Shown: positions 39,506 to 53,220 of the stretch, one piece after another | How the letters are laid out: each line of letters opens with the position of its first letter | Position numbering within the stretch: the first letter of the stretch is position 1 | Assembly (NCBI RefSeq): GCF_006345805.1 | Contig: NC_043000.1 | Coordinates: forward strand, 128,774,001-128,838,000 | Length of the DNA stretch: 64,000 nucleotides | From: Octopus sinensis | Taxonomy: Eukaryota | Direction of reading: 5' to 3' | Translations under genes and position numbers: made by a program | The notes under the pieces: model-generated | Database searches by the model: none | Told to the model about the DNA's origin: nothing | Seen by the model: only the letters and a program-made list of their open reading frames with translations

Positions 39506-40199
39506 CTTACATACAGATAGATAGAGATAGATATTAATACATATGAATACATGTATTTAAATCTGTGCGTATATTGGCATATGTATATAATTGTATGTGC
39601 ATGTATATGTATAAACACATATACATTCAATTTCCTTGACACCGATTCCTTTCATCACGATTTTCCATTCAACACGTTGCTATATCGTGATCCAGGCATC
39701 ATTAGTTTGTATGGAAAATGGCGACCTAGCAGATGGAGTTGTAAATGTAATATTTGAAGATATATTTCTTTTGATTAGAAATAAATCCTTTTGTCGCAGA
39801 CAACACTTATGAATTACAATAAACCACATTATATTACTAGTACCTTTCTAGACAATGAAGGAGTGTCTACCTAGACGCGTTGCTAGCTAAAAACAGCAGT
39901 AAAATCTCTGTCAAGTGACTCTGTGAAGTCTTAAATATAGAATACATTAGATTATGTACTCATTGATATCATTAAATTTACGAAATACTCTCTGGAAGGT
40001 TTGACGCATATGTCTGGTTAATCAGAATAGACTAGGGCTTTACAACAACTGGGATATACTTAATAAATTTCCCTTATCAGAAGCTGCATATCCGCGTGGA
40101 AATAAGCATGAGGAGGATATTCTTACGCAGGCACAATAAAACAGGATGCATTTATGTATTTATTCTATTTTAGGTAATTTGCATAAATGAAACGAAATT

Positions 40200-40520
40200 G
40201 AAGGAAGAGCTATAACTCGGGGTAACCAGTGGTATCTATTTGAGCAGTCGAAACGAATAAGGTTATATTAACATACAAAATAAATCCTTGATTTATTGAA
40301 ATTTTGTCAACTTCCATAAAAGTAGAATAATCCCTTAGTGGCAAAACTGGGACTGTCTTTAAATGAGATGGAGAGCTAAACTCAAGAACCAAGAATGTTC
40401 CAAAATTGAGTGTGCCATTAACGAAAAAATTGTCTGGTATCAAGAGGACTGCTGTGAACTGGTGCTTTCGCCTCAATAGACATCATCAGCATATTAGTTG
40501 TCCTATCTTATCACCATTTT
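40200..40520 (-). mobile_element. Dispersed copy of the HHR-containing ~350-bp unit seen at 42550-43660
   Basis: Shares ctcaagaaccaagaa, gcctcaat, catcagca and agttg(c/t)cct with the reverse complement of unit 2. The minus strand reads CTGATGA-TGTCT-attg-AGGC-GAAAG. Confidence 0.7.
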
Positions 40521-41478
40521 GACTATGATAATAAAGGTATATAATCTTGGTACAAAATCACCAATTTGTATTTGATATGTGCATAATCGATTAAATCAAA
40601 ACCTGCATGTTATTGGTATTCCATGCATTCCGTGAGGAATAAATATTAACTCGTTTAAGATTTGAAAATAGATCATAAAATGGATAGATCATATTTATTT
40701 CGTGTCAGTTCATTTTGAATAAAAATCCCACCATGGTCTACATGAAAGATAGACATAATCTGTGTTCCAGCCCAGTGTCTTAGGTGCCGTTAACAGAGTC
40801 CCATTTGCTGTAGTATTCAAGCCTGGTCTCTGGTTTGGGAGCACTTTACTCTCTTCCTTTCTCCCTCATTCATCCTAAGCCCCCAATTAAGGTAGCCCTG
40901 TAAACGGCTCATGGACACTGACAAAGAAATAAAATATTTAACAAAACAGGAATGTGGAAATTTTGGGGTATTATTTATTCTCCATTACATGTGTTCCTTT
41001 TGATAATAGGAATTACAAAGATCTACACGTCTATCTAGCATATAAAACTTTGTAATGCCTATTAGCAAATGAAAGACGTGTAATGGAGAATAGATAGTAG
41101 TAAAAAATTGCTATAAAAGCAAGTTGTAATTTTATCTTGTCCTTATTCTTATTGCAAGTTTTGAAGAGTGCAGTTCGATTTTAACAGTTATTTTTTTCAA
41201 AGCTATAGTGGAAGGAGCATATTCGGCATACTTTGCTTTATGAGTTCAATAAATGCGACAATGCAAAATTTTAGGTTGATCTGGCCTCCGTCTTCGGGAT
41301 GGAAAGATACGTATCTAACCCTAATGGTTTCATATCCTTGACTTTTTGCCAACTACATCTGCCAACGTTATGAAGTAATTCCGAGCCCCCAGAAATAGCT
41401 GTCGGCTCTGTAACACCATACCTTCTCCCCTTAATTTTCTGTCTTTGTACTCTGTGTAAGTTTGCTTTGCTAATATAT

Positions 41479-42396
41479 TGTTGTGATAGGACTTACGGCG
41501 CCCCCTTGCAAGAGATAGGCTGGTCCGAGTAAAGTATAAATAGTAACGATCCGAGTGAGTTACAGGTTCAGAATTCGGAGTCAAGTGAAGTTTGTGTTAG
41601 CTCGCAGTAAAGTCAGAAGTTGTAGGTTGATTAGTTTACAAGGAATATTGATTGTTGGTTCGTGAAGAGATCTGTTAGTTCATTACATTGTTTTCACTGC
41701 TGTCTGGTTACCTTATTTATTGTACGTAACAAATCATGTTACAACATCTAGCGACGAGGGTTTCGAAGCACACGTAGGTTATTTAGCAATTTGTTCGTGA
41801 TACAACTTGTTAAATAATGGAAGACTTATTAGCTTCCATAGTACAGTTGCAAAAGCAACAAGAGCAGCAACAGGAGTTACAGAAGCCACTATTACAGCAA
41901 CAACTACAACAACAACAACAATTATTGGAGCTATATTCAAAGAAATCCAAAAAACGAGGAAAGTTCGTTTTCGCCAGACGGTGTTTCGAACTCGATTAAT
42001 GAATTCAGTTATAACTCAGAGGAGGGAATAACTTTTGCATCGTACTACAGAAGGTATGAGGAGATTTTTAAGCAAGATTGCAAATCATGGTCCGACGAAC
42101 GAAAAGTGAGATTGTTATTGCGAAAATTGACTCCGTTAAAGCATGAACGTTACTGTAATCCCTTATTACCCACCAAACCCAATGAAATTTGTTTTAAAGA
42201 AACAACAGAATTACTATCTAACATATTCGGTGATAAAAATTCTCTATTTAACACCCGAATGGAGGTGTTGGAATATAACGAAAAAAGAGAATGATGATTT
42301 TATCACACATGCAGGAACAATCAACGGGATGTGTCAAAGTTTTAAACTCAAAGAATTTACACCTGAGATGTTCAAGTGTCTTATTTTCGTACAAGG
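41479..42396 (+). mobile_element. Truncated Ty3/Gypsy (Mag/K02A2.6-like) LTR retrotransposon: 5' LTR 41479-41746, PBS, gag fragment
   Basis: LTR ends TGTTGT...ACAACA and has a TATAAATA box. PBS-like tctagcgacgagg at 41747-59. Gag reads MEDLLASIVQLQKQQ, FSYNSEEGITFASYYRRYEEIF, KVRLLLRKL, SLFNTR, FKLKEFTPEMFKCLIFVQG, with frameshifts. Confidence 0.85.
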
Positions 42397-42549
42397 TAGT
42401 GTTGGTGGTGGCGGTTTGTGTGTGTGTATGAGTGTGTGTGTGAGTGTGTGTGTGTGTATGATTGTGTGTGTGAGTGTGTGTGTGTGTGTGTGTGCGTGTG
42501 TATGTGCAAATTACCTACACTATAAATGTGTTCTACATTTTTTGTAAAC

Positions 42550-43660
42550 ATCTAAGTATCTCGTCCTTCTTAGGAGAAGATTGAGCAACTGCTGAGCTGA
42601 TGATGCTTATTGGGGTAGAAACATTTGTCCATAGCTGCCCTGCTCTCTTAAGTAAGCTGACTCCCTTTTCTTTAATGACATGTCAGTTTTGGAAAAATCT
42701 TAATTCTTGAGTTTTGTTCCCTTTCTTATTTGGAGATGGTACTAATTGCCACCGAACAATTATTCTAACTTTATTGGAAGCTGTTATAATTTCGGTTAAT
42801 CAAATGCTTATCTTGCATGCTATTTAATTATTCGTCTCCGTTGTTCAACTATACAGCATTGGCCACTCTGAGTTATTTCTCTTACCTCATTTTCGTTTTA
42901 TTTATGCAAATTACCCTGGCTATAAATGCGTTCTACACTTTGTTATATGATATATGTCGAAGTATTTCGTTCTGTTAGAACAAGAGAGGGCAACTGGTGT
43001 GCTGATGGCACTGATTGAGGCAGAAACACTTGTTAATAGTTCTCGTCTCTAGCCAAGCCAATCAGACTGTTCGTTTAAAGACTCACAGTTTTGGAGAGTT
43101 CTTGGTTCTTGAGATCCCCCACCTTGCCATTTGAGGATTGTCCCAGTTATTCCACCAAGCAATTATTATACCTGCTCTGGAAGTAGACGAATACCTTAAT
43201 AATTTAAGAATTGATCTTGTATAATATTTAATATACCCTTATTCGTCCTTATGGTTCAAATATATCCCACTGACCACTCTGAGTGATCTCCTTCTGCTGG
43301 AGAGAAGATTGGGCGATCGTTGTTTCTAAGCAGAAACACATTTACATAGATCTATTTCTCCAAATACAATCATTCTAATCATTATGTCTTTTATTTTAAT
43401 GGTGTGTAGTTTTAAAGAATTATTAGCTTTCGGGATTATGTCTTCTTGGTTCTCGAGATTATCTCTTGACTCTCGAGATTATCTCTTCGTCTTATTTGGA
43501 GAAGGAGAGAGCATCTCAAGAGTCACTAACTGATTATTCTACTGCCTATGGGAGCAAACACAATTTCAATAAATCAAGAATTTATCTTCTATATTAATAA
43601 TATACCCTTTTTCATATTGGCTCTTCAAATACATAATACTGGTCACTCTAGGTTATATGC
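42550..43660 (+). mobile_element. Degenerate three-unit tandem array of an HHR-containing ~330-410-bp monomer (non-LTR retrozyme-like)
   Basis: Recurring anchors in each unit: cagtttt, ttct(t/c)gag, attatt, atctt, ttcaa, cactct. Unit 1 HHR: CTGATGA 42597-603, GAAAC 42618-22, GTC 42627-29. Unit 2 HHR is decayed (~43002-43034) and unit 3 HHR is mostly deleted. Confidence 0.7.
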
Positions 43661-43710
43661 CCTAGTTAATATTCATTTCACACGCAAACATACACGCGCA
43701 TACACGCACG

Positions 43711-43745
<35 letters not shown>

Positions 43746-44568
43746 ACATACACACACACATACACGCGCGCGCGCAAACATTAAACTTATTGTACAGGAG
43801 CTCAGACTGCAACAAATATAAAGAACTCTGGGAGTAATTTCAAAAGGTATTAAAGCTGAAAAGTTTCAGCGTTACAAAGGTTATATATATCTCGAATTTT
43901 CCGATTTTAAAGATAGATTTAAACTTGTAAAATATTACTTATGTAAAGTTAATTAAGCGGCGAGGAAATAAGGGTATGTAAGAGTATATAAGGAGAAAGG
44001 AAACGTATAAAAGAGAAGGAAGTGGGAAAGGAAACGGAGTGATTTATGAAGGATGAATTGGATGGGTTGACAGATGGTGTGTTCACGGGTCGAGAAAATG
44101 GTTGTGTTCTAGGAAACACGCCAGGGCGTTGTTTTTCCTATAATAAAAATTAGTTTAGAAAGCTTGGTCGCAATCTGGCTGCTACTTCGAGCTGCATTAA
44201 CTACCATATAAAAACTCCATCATTGGCATGCAATTGATCCGCTTGTTATTATTTTTGCTTAGCTTTTGATCAAGTTAACCTATAATCGAAGGTGCTCAAG
44301 CCATGCCCTTCCTGTGTTTTTGTCTATTCGGGACCACATTTTCCTGAGACTGTTATCATTTATCAAAGACTATTGTTTGTGATTAGATGGATATTTCACT
44401 TCTCTTTCTTGCAAAGCAAGCGACCACACAGAGGTTCCCTAATTGGCACGTAATTGATCCTGTTTATCACTGTTGTGTGTAGGAGTTAATAAATATCTAA
44501 TTAATTTTGCCTTGTATCATTTCTATTTTCTTTTTTCCGATCTCGTATATAAAGCATTACATACTGGA

Positions 44569-44603
<35 letters not shown>

Positions 44604-44610
44604 ATATATA

Positions 44611-44666
<56 letters not shown>

Positions 44667-44676
44667 TATGTATGTA

Positions 44677-44718
<42 letters not shown>

Positions 44719-44963
44719 ATATATGCGAGGACTTCCCATTTCCACATAATTCAAATAGGACAGTGGTTGACTGGTGAGGCTTTTTTTCTTTCTTTCAAAG
44801 AACGAGATAAAATTAACATTTGCTAATTAAGAATTAATCATTAACGCCAGTAATTATAGCCGAGAGAACGGAAATGGTTGCTAAAAATTATATGAACACG
44901 CACACATTCACATATACTTAGGTGCATAAAAACATATTGACACATACAAATTTACACACGTAA

Positions 44964-45008
<45 letters not shown>

Positions 45009-45045
45009 CACAATCACATACACACACACAAACCACACAAACACG

Positions 45046-45078
<33 letters not shown>

Positions 45079-45647
45079 TCACACACACACACACACACAC
45101 TCATACAGATGTATATAGACATTCTTTCATATAACCTACATATATAAATATTTCACACTTACAAATCCATATTTTGTGCTTATGCATGCGTGTGTGTGTG
45201 TGCGCGCGCGTGAGAGAGAGCATGTGTGTGAGAGTATGTATGTATGTATAAATACGTGCACACACACACCACACACACACACACACAACACACACACACA
45301 CACACACACACTGTAATTGTAGGTATTAATATATAAATGTATCGAAAATTCAAATACTGTCGCTAATTCTAATCATATTGGCCCTCATTCTGCTGAATAT
45401 AAGATCATAAAAGTTTACAAATGTTAGTGATAGATTTAGAGACCTTACTATATCAAGCAGCATGGGACTCGAACGAAAAAAAGAGGAAAGCTTGATAAAT
45501 ATAAAACTGGAACATAATCGCATATGTCTGACTATCTGTTTGCCTGTCTTTCTTTTAATGATTCAGTCTATATTCTTACATACGTGTTTGTGTCTGTGTG
45601 TGAGTATGTATGTATATGTGAGTGTGTATATATGTGTGTGTGTATAA

Positions 45648-45678
<31 letters not shown>

Positions 45679-45705
45679 TATATACATATATATATACTCT
45701 TTTAT

Positions 45706-46072
45706 CTTTTTAGTTGTTTCAGTCATTTGACTGAGGTCATGCTGGAGCATCACCTTCAAGGTTTTTAGTCGAACAAATCGACCCCGCGACTTATTTCATA
45801 AGCCTAGTACTTATTCTTTCGGACATTTTTGAAGAACCACTAAGTTAAGGAGACGTGAACACACCAACACCGGTTGTCAAGCGGTGATGGGCGCACAAAT
45901 ACAGACACCAAGACGCAGACACACTCACACACACACACACATACGTCGAGCTTCTTTCATTTACCGTCTACCACATCCACTCACAAGGCTTTTGTCAGCC
46001 CGAGGCTATAGAAGACAGTTACGTAAGGTGCCATGCCGTGGGACTGAACCTGGAACCACACAGCTACGTCTG
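45706..46072 (-). mobile_element. Family B SINE
   Basis: Colinear with 26488-26896. Confidence 0.85.
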
Positions 46073-47111
46073 TGCCATATATGTATATATATGCTTATAC
46101 ATATACTACATATATATAAGATAACTCATATTTAGTACAATGAACGTTAAACACAATAGGCAATCGTAAATAATTATATGTCAAGGAAAGATAAAACAAG
46201 CTCAATGACTAATAATATTTTAATGATTTCGGGCTGGTACGAAAGACAACTCCAAAATATTTCGGTCGTATTGCGTCGCCTCAGTAAATCATAGATTTCG
46301 CCGTACTTGCAGAAGTGGTGATAAGAGAAACATTAAGCATATGTTTAACATTACACCCTAAAATGCATGAAAATGAGCATATTCTCAGAAACAGTCAGAC
46401 ATATTTACACTTATCAAATGTATACGTGCTAGGGCGGCCATTTAGAGCAAAAAATTTTCAATTTATCCTCTACAGATGCTAGTAAATAGTAAATCGACCA
46501 GGACAGGACTAGATCTGTTCAAGAAGTTTTTAAGTCTGTTGGTCAGGATATACTAAAAGTGACGGCAGTTTGGCAACATTCCACAATATTTCGGCGTTTG
46601 CAAGAAACCAAATACAATATTGTAACTAATGCACACGTGTATTTGTAACAGATCTGCCTGTCTCTGTCTCTCACCTTCACTCTCTCTTCCTCTCTCTATT
46701 TCTATTTCAGTTTCTCTCTCTCTCTCCTTTTCTGCTTACTTCTGTGTGAGTCTCTCCTCCCATCTCTTTCGTCGGCGACAATGAAGTGCTACTGTTAAAC
46801 ATGTTAGCTATAAATTAAATTAAAAAGAGAATTGATTGCTTTTATCAATTAAAATATCCTATGCACTCTTTTGTAAATATGTATGTATGTTTGCACGTAA
46901 ATATCTAGTTGTTGCTATGTACTAGTATTTATCATTCCCCATCTCCTTATGTGCCCATGTGTGAATATTTATGCGTTCTAAAAATACATCATACACTTAC
47001 AAGCGTATATTACACACACACATTTCCACACAGAGGCACATATACAAAATTATTATATATATATATGCATTACATATATGTATACATAAATGCATACGTA
47101 TGTATATATAT

Positions 47112-47158
<47 letters not shown>

Positions 47159-47174
47159 ATATAAATACATACGC

Positions 47175-47211
<37 letters not shown>

Positions 47212-47218
47212 CATACGC

Positions 47219-47258
<40 letters not shown>

Positions 47259-47339
47259 GCACACATACATGCATTTATATAGAAGCCCATCGTATATATG
47301 TGTATGTGTGTATTTGTTTGTGTATATGTTTGCCACCTG

Positions 47340-47520
47340 CGCGCTTGAAACCGGTGTTTGTGTGTTTCTCTCCCCGTAACCTAGCGGTTCGGTCAAGGAT
47401 ATCGATAGAATCAGTATCAGAATTTTGAGAAAAGTACTGGGGTCGATTCATTCGACTAAAATTCTTCAAGGTGGTGTCCCAGCATTGCCGCAGTCTAATG
47501 ATTGAAACAGGTAAAAGATA
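47340..47520 (+). mobile_element. Family B SINE, 3' half
   Basis: ccccgtaacctagcggttcgg ... ggggtcgatt ... gattgaaacaggtaaaag. Confidence 0.8.
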
Positions 47521-47559
47521 TACTGGTCCAGTAAAGAATAGTGATGTGTTAGTCAAAGA

Positions 47560-48620
47560 CAGTGAAAAATTCTATCTCAAATAAACATTGCTTGAGATTG
47601 AAAGTGAACTTGAACCATGAAAAGAAGAGGACAGAAAAAGAAGACTGTAAGGACAGAAGAGAAGGCTATAAGAAATGTAAAGACAAACCCTAAAGCCTTC
47701 TATAGTTTGCAAAAGTGTCTGCTTCTGTACGGTAAAAGATAGGGCCAATATTCGAAGAAAATTGCTCACTGATTGCAAACCCCAGTGGAAAAGTGAAATA
47801 TTGAATGTTCAATACAAAAGTGTTTTCACACCTCCGTTGTGACACTTGCAAATAATTATGGCAGATGAGTTCTTTAGCACCACAGCTTTACACTAGAAGA
47901 CATAGCGATTATCCATTACACAGAAATAGAAGAAACTGATGAAATGAGCTTAAACTCAGCCACAGGCCCTGAAGGAGTCTCAACAATCCTCCCAAAGAAA
48001 TGCAAGCAAAACCACTACAGATCCTCTTCCAAAACCTCTTTGAAAATGAGAAGCTTCCCAGAAAGTCAAAGGAAGGCATAACATGTCCTATCAATAAAGG
48101 AAGTAGCAGAGCGGATGTTAAAAATGGTAGGCTTGTTTCGCTAACCTCACATGCCTGCTAAATCATGGAACTCAAACTCAGGAGGAAGCTGATCACATTC
48201 CTAGAAAATAATGACTTGTTCCCTTGCAAAATGTCTTTGATGACGTTGATCACAGGATGATATGTCACAAGCTACGGAGACTCGGCAGTGTCGGAAAACT
48301 ATGAGTGGTTACATACTTCACGTGGTGGCTGCTAAAGGGGCCCTCTCCATGGAGTCAGTAATAACGATTGGAGTGCCTCAGGGAACTGTCTTGGAGTCGC
48401 TGCTGTTTACGATAGCTCTTGGACATGCCATCTGTTACACAGACAGTCACACTAGCTACACAAGCGACTCAGAAGTGGTGAAAGCCGTCAAGGAACTATT
48501 CAATGGAAATCTTCTACTGAAAGACCTAGATGCCATCTATAAATGTACTGAAAAAAACAATATGCTACTGCAAGAAAATTTCAAGCCCCTGCTATAAGAC
48601 AGCTTGCGCTAATATGCCAC
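47560..48620 (+). mobile_element. CR1-clade LINE RT relic
   Basis: EEKAIRNVKTNPKAFYS, SEILNVQYKSVFT, SATGPEGVSTI, LVSLTSH, ITIGVPQGTVLESLLF, LLKDLDAIYKCTEKNNM. Many stops and frameshifts. Confidence 0.8.
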
Positions 48621-48919
48621 TACAGAGATACTTAAATGTGTGTGTGTATGACGGGATTCTTTCAGTTTCCGTCTACCAAATCCACTTATGTGGCTTCGGT
48701 CGGCCCGAGGCTGTAGTAGAAGACATTTACCCAAATGATTCTACTGACCTGGGATAATTGGCTGCCTTAGGAACTCTATATACACAAATAGTCATAACAT
48801 CAACTACCTGTTGAATCATTCTGCACTCTTAGAAAGTAAATATTTCCTTTAGTTAAACTAAACGTATACTCTCTATGTTATGTGTGCCTCTTAGGTCAGC
48901 TCCTAGCATGTATTCTTTT

Positions 48920-48992
48920 CTTTTATTCTTTTACTCGTTTCAGTCATTTCACTGCGGCCATGCTGGGGTATCAACTTCAAAGTCGAACAAAC

Positions 48993-49030
<38 letters not shown>

Positions 49031-49185
49031 ACGTTGGGCTTCTGTCAGCTTCCGTCTACCAAATCCACCCACGAGGCTTTGGTCAGCCTGAAGCTGTAGA
49101 AGACCCTTACCCAAGGTTCCACGCAGTGGGACTGAATCTAGAACCATGTGCTTGGAAAGCAAGCTTCTTACCAGGCAGTCACACC
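48920..49185 (-). mobile_element. Internally deleted family B SINE
   Basis: tttcagtcatttcactgcggccatgctgg ... ccacgcagtgggactgaatctagaaccatgtg. Confidence 0.8.
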
Positions 49186-49989
49186 TGCGCGTGTATGAAT
49201 GTATATTCTAATTTATGATATTCTCCAGTAGAATACTGTGGAGGATTTTTCATTAAATTTCCAAAATAGTTATTTGTATGTGATATATGCAGTGACCAGT
49301 TCTTTTGTTGCTGATCAATTTTTATCCTAACCACTTGGATGTAAACAACTACTCTATATTGCATGGGTAAATGATTTGCTGTCTCCAGTTCAACAGCAGC
49401 TGACAAAATGAATAGTCACTGAAATATTTAGATATCACGCATGAACTGAATTATGGTAAATATTCCATATTTTCTTTGCGTTATATTCGTGGTCAATTCT
49501 TCCTAGTTGTTAAATTACAGGGACGTATGTTCATGGCTTCGACTATATGTTGAATGGTTTACAACCAGGAAGTCTTTTATGGAACTTAAAGGCAATTAAG
49601 GCCAATTTTCATTTGATGTAGAAGTAACTTTTAGGGGTTATTTTCTTCATATCTAGTAAATTTTGGATATGTAGAATTTACTACCTTATTAATCATGATT
49701 GTGTTTCTGTATTCATCATATTTCCGGAGGATAAAATGATAGCTGAGTCCAACTAATTGTACTAGAACAACCAAGTTGAGGAAGTTAAAAATTTCTTTCT
49801 GTCCACCATAAAAAAAACATAACAAAATGCAGTTCTGGTGCTTGTGTTAATGTTTGGTACGAATGGAAACATATATGCTGAAATAACTTAAATCTAGTCT
49901 GAAAGCGGACGGCAGTATAGATAGGAATTCGTCTTTCATTAGTAATCTACAGAAAGAAAAACTACAGTTCTCCTCCGAGATCAACACCT

Positions 49990-50490
49990 TTGGTCAGTCC
50001 ATCTCCATGTGCTGTGTGTATTGCTGATTCCATCAATTAGAATTCAAAGGTCGAAATGCTAGATACGGTCTGCTCATCTCAATCATTAGTCTTCGCCAAT
50101 GTCTGGAATTCCTATATAAATATCTATCTTAGATATCAGAAGATTGGTGCAAAATTATTTCTTACAAAAGCCAATTCACCGTCATCGTATCAAAGGCAAG
50201 ACTTATGCCTGAAACCGAATGCAAAATGGATTCAATTAAAAGGTGTTCCCTGCCCAAATTTATGAGATATATCAGAAGTTCAGTGATGTTTGGGGGCAGT
50301 CCTCGGTCGTGAATACTGGTTATCTTGTTCCAGTTGAAAGTAGAATGAACGAGTATAGTTATGTTGAGATCTTGGAAAATATGTGTTGATGAAAATGTCA
50401 TTAAATTGGCAACTTGTTCATGATAGCACTTAATACTGTTCTGCAATGTCGGTCAAAGATTGGATGAGTGCAAAAATCTTTTTTTTTTTT
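49990..50490 (+). mobile_element. Decayed Tc1-type transposase remnant
   Basis: EFKGRNARYGLLIS, SSVMFG, LVPVESRMNEYSYVEILEN and WQLVHDST.YCSAMSVKDWM appear in Tc1 order. Confidence 0.55.
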
Positions 50491-51205
50491 TTAAAAAAGG
50501 ACTAAATAATGGAATGCAGTCAGTTGGTCAGTTCATTAAACTGGATTTAAATTGCATATAAAAGTTATAGCGTTTAATTAAGCGTGATGTTCGATATCAA
50601 ACTCACCAAAATATGTAACATTTGATTGCAATCACCAATTTGCCTTGGAAGACATTTTAATTGGAAGAATGTATTAAATTAGAAGGGAATATACCTTAAA
50701 ATAAAGAATTATGCTACAAAATATTGACTTTTACAATTAATGTATATCATGATAATATACAATAAAATAAGTGTACTTACTTCTATCTCTGGCAAAAATG
50801 GGCCGTAATTGTGTTTAAGAGTCGTAAAAACTGAATTATTTGGTTAATTGGTTTGATGGTAGAGATAGCGGTGCAGAAATAATTTCCATTTCATTGGCTA
50901 CAATACAAAATAGCAAACAAAGTGTTCCATGCAAAATAATCAGAGTGGTCTATCATGTACTTGTTTGCATTGAGTACGTTTACGTGTTCTTTCTACATTC
51001 ATATATATATATAAATTTATATAAACAGCGAAGGGCAATGTGATACCATAACAGAAAAATTCAATAGTCACTAAGTGTGACTAAGGATGCTTATAATGAT
51101 GTAGGAGGAGCGCAGAGTACATACACACATACTGTAGGTATCGCGAGGACTGTTCGAACGGCGCATAATCGTCTAATTTCCTCTGCCAGCATATATATAT
51201 ATATA

Positions 51206-51583
51206 TCTATATAAACGGCAGTTTGTCTGTGCGTTTTCTGTGTGTCTGTTTTCTCGTACCCTCACTCTGACCACGGCTTTCAACCGATTCTGATGAAACT
51301 TGACACACACATAGCCCAATGTCATAATTCAAAACTAACGCAGCGAAAATTTTGAAAAGTTCCCCCAGTTCTGAAAAAAATCGATAAATTCGACATGGGG
51401 TCGAGAATCAGAAACCCAAACCACAGACCGTCTAGGGGACGCAACTCCACCTTTTTTAACTCTCAAAAAAAATTTACCATCATTTTTTTTCCATTTTTTT
51501 GCTATTTTTTGGCTATAACTCTCTAAAAATGCTTTATAGTTATTTCCCTTACAAACCTGAGCAACGCCGGGCGATACTGCTAG
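51206..51583 (+). mobile_element. Non-autonomous Helitron (378 bp)
   Basis: 5' A|TC at 51205/51206. 3' CTAG|T at 51580-51584. Subterminal hairpin cctgagcaacgccggg at ~51556-71. No TSD. Confidence 0.85.
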
Positions 51584-51599
51584 TATATATATAAACCAG

Positions 51600-52330
51600 C
51601 TTAGAGAAGAAGAAGAAACGAAACGAAACCAATCGAATCGACGCGAAGGCGCTCAGTCATACAATAGTGTAATAAATAAAATATATGCATACATACAAAC
51701 ATATATGTACGTACCTACATCTACATGTATATATACATGCATATATAAATATATATACGTGTGTATAGGACACCACAAATAGACGTAGAACTCAACGAGA
51801 AACGAAAACGTAAAAACAGCATGGAACGGACCATTCCTTTAACAACGAAAAAACAGAGTACAAGACAACTACACAAGGAAAAATCCCCTTCATCAGCCTC
51901 GAGCGAACGTTCGAAGTGTCCAAGATGTTCCTGTGTGTAAATTGTTTTGAATGGATAAAGTGTTGCACAGCATTGAGCCCGCTTTTCAGTGCAATCAGCT
52001 ACGACACTAATGGTACAACAGAGACAGAGACAACCATAATCCAATACCAGTTGTGACTATATAGGAACCTAAAGCGATTAGTGAAAGCATGGCGCATATT
52101 ACTAAGACGTGCTCCTCGTGAGATGTATACACACATTGAAACATCCGAACAAGATGTGTATCTGGTGCAAAGTACGTTTAATAGGAAACAGTTTAACGTA
52201 ATATGAGTTAATAATAAGATAAAGGTCATATGAACGGACGAAAGGAAAGTTATAATATTAAGATGGATATAACAATAAGGTACACATCTAATGAGCTTGC
52301 TTGGCCCATCTTGGTTTCAAGAGGATTCCA
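51600..52330 (-). mobile_element. Interspersed repeat, putative PLE relic
   Basis: The minus strand carries a truncated hammerhead start CTGATGA-A-GGGG (~51885-51896). Family assignment is from recollection only. Confidence 0.35.
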
Positions 52331-52765
52331 GCTGTTGAAGTTAGTTGTTGCTGTTTTGATTCATACTTTATCTGAAATTCATACATGTAAGTGATAATGG
52401 CACGAAGTTATTTGTGATGACGATGTTAATGATGATGATGATGCCGGTGGTGGTGGTGGCGGCGGCGGTGATGGTGATGGTAGCGGTGATAACGGTTATT
52501 TTAGTTTTGATGGTCGTGTTGTTGGTAGTGATAGCATTAAATATGTTGATATGTTGCTGGGTGGAGAGGAGGACTTTGAGCAGATGGAGACGATGACGAC
52601 GACGACGACAGTGACGCTGGCTAGGTTTGTTTGTTTGTTTTAATTTATTACATTAAAATAATTAACAGATTGAGTCGTGCAGTTTAATTTTAGAATATCA
52701 AGTCTGTACATGATTTGGATTATATAGTTAATTATTTAATTATAAAAAATGTGTGTATGTGGTTG

Positions 52766-52852
<87 letters not shown>

Positions 52853-52853
52853 A

Positions 52854-52896
<43 letters not shown>

Positions 52897-53220
52897 GTGT
52901 GTATGTATATGTGTGTGTATGTGTGTGTGTATATGTGTGTATATGTGTGTGTATGTGTGTGTGCATGTGTGCGCGTGTGAACGTTTATATATGCATATTG
53001 ATTGATTAACTGATTGATTGGTTGACTAAATAGCATATACGACATTGATTACCATACGTACACGTATTAATATTTAAATGATAAGACCACAAATATATGT
53101 TTGGAATAAATTTTACCTAAATCTTCACATTTTATGTAGTGTTTACAGAGAGATAGAGATATAGAGGATGGGCTAGAGTCTAAATTGCGAGAAACGAAGA
53201 AAAAGAAGAGCAGAGCACTA

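Noticed and set aside
41817-41999. Poly-Q protein gene
   Set aside because: It is the N-terminus of the frameshifted Gypsy gag directly after an LTR and PBS.
49179-49406. Possible minus-strand exon (AVELETANHLPMQY...)
   Set aside because: It has an acceptor-like site but no convincing donor or homology.
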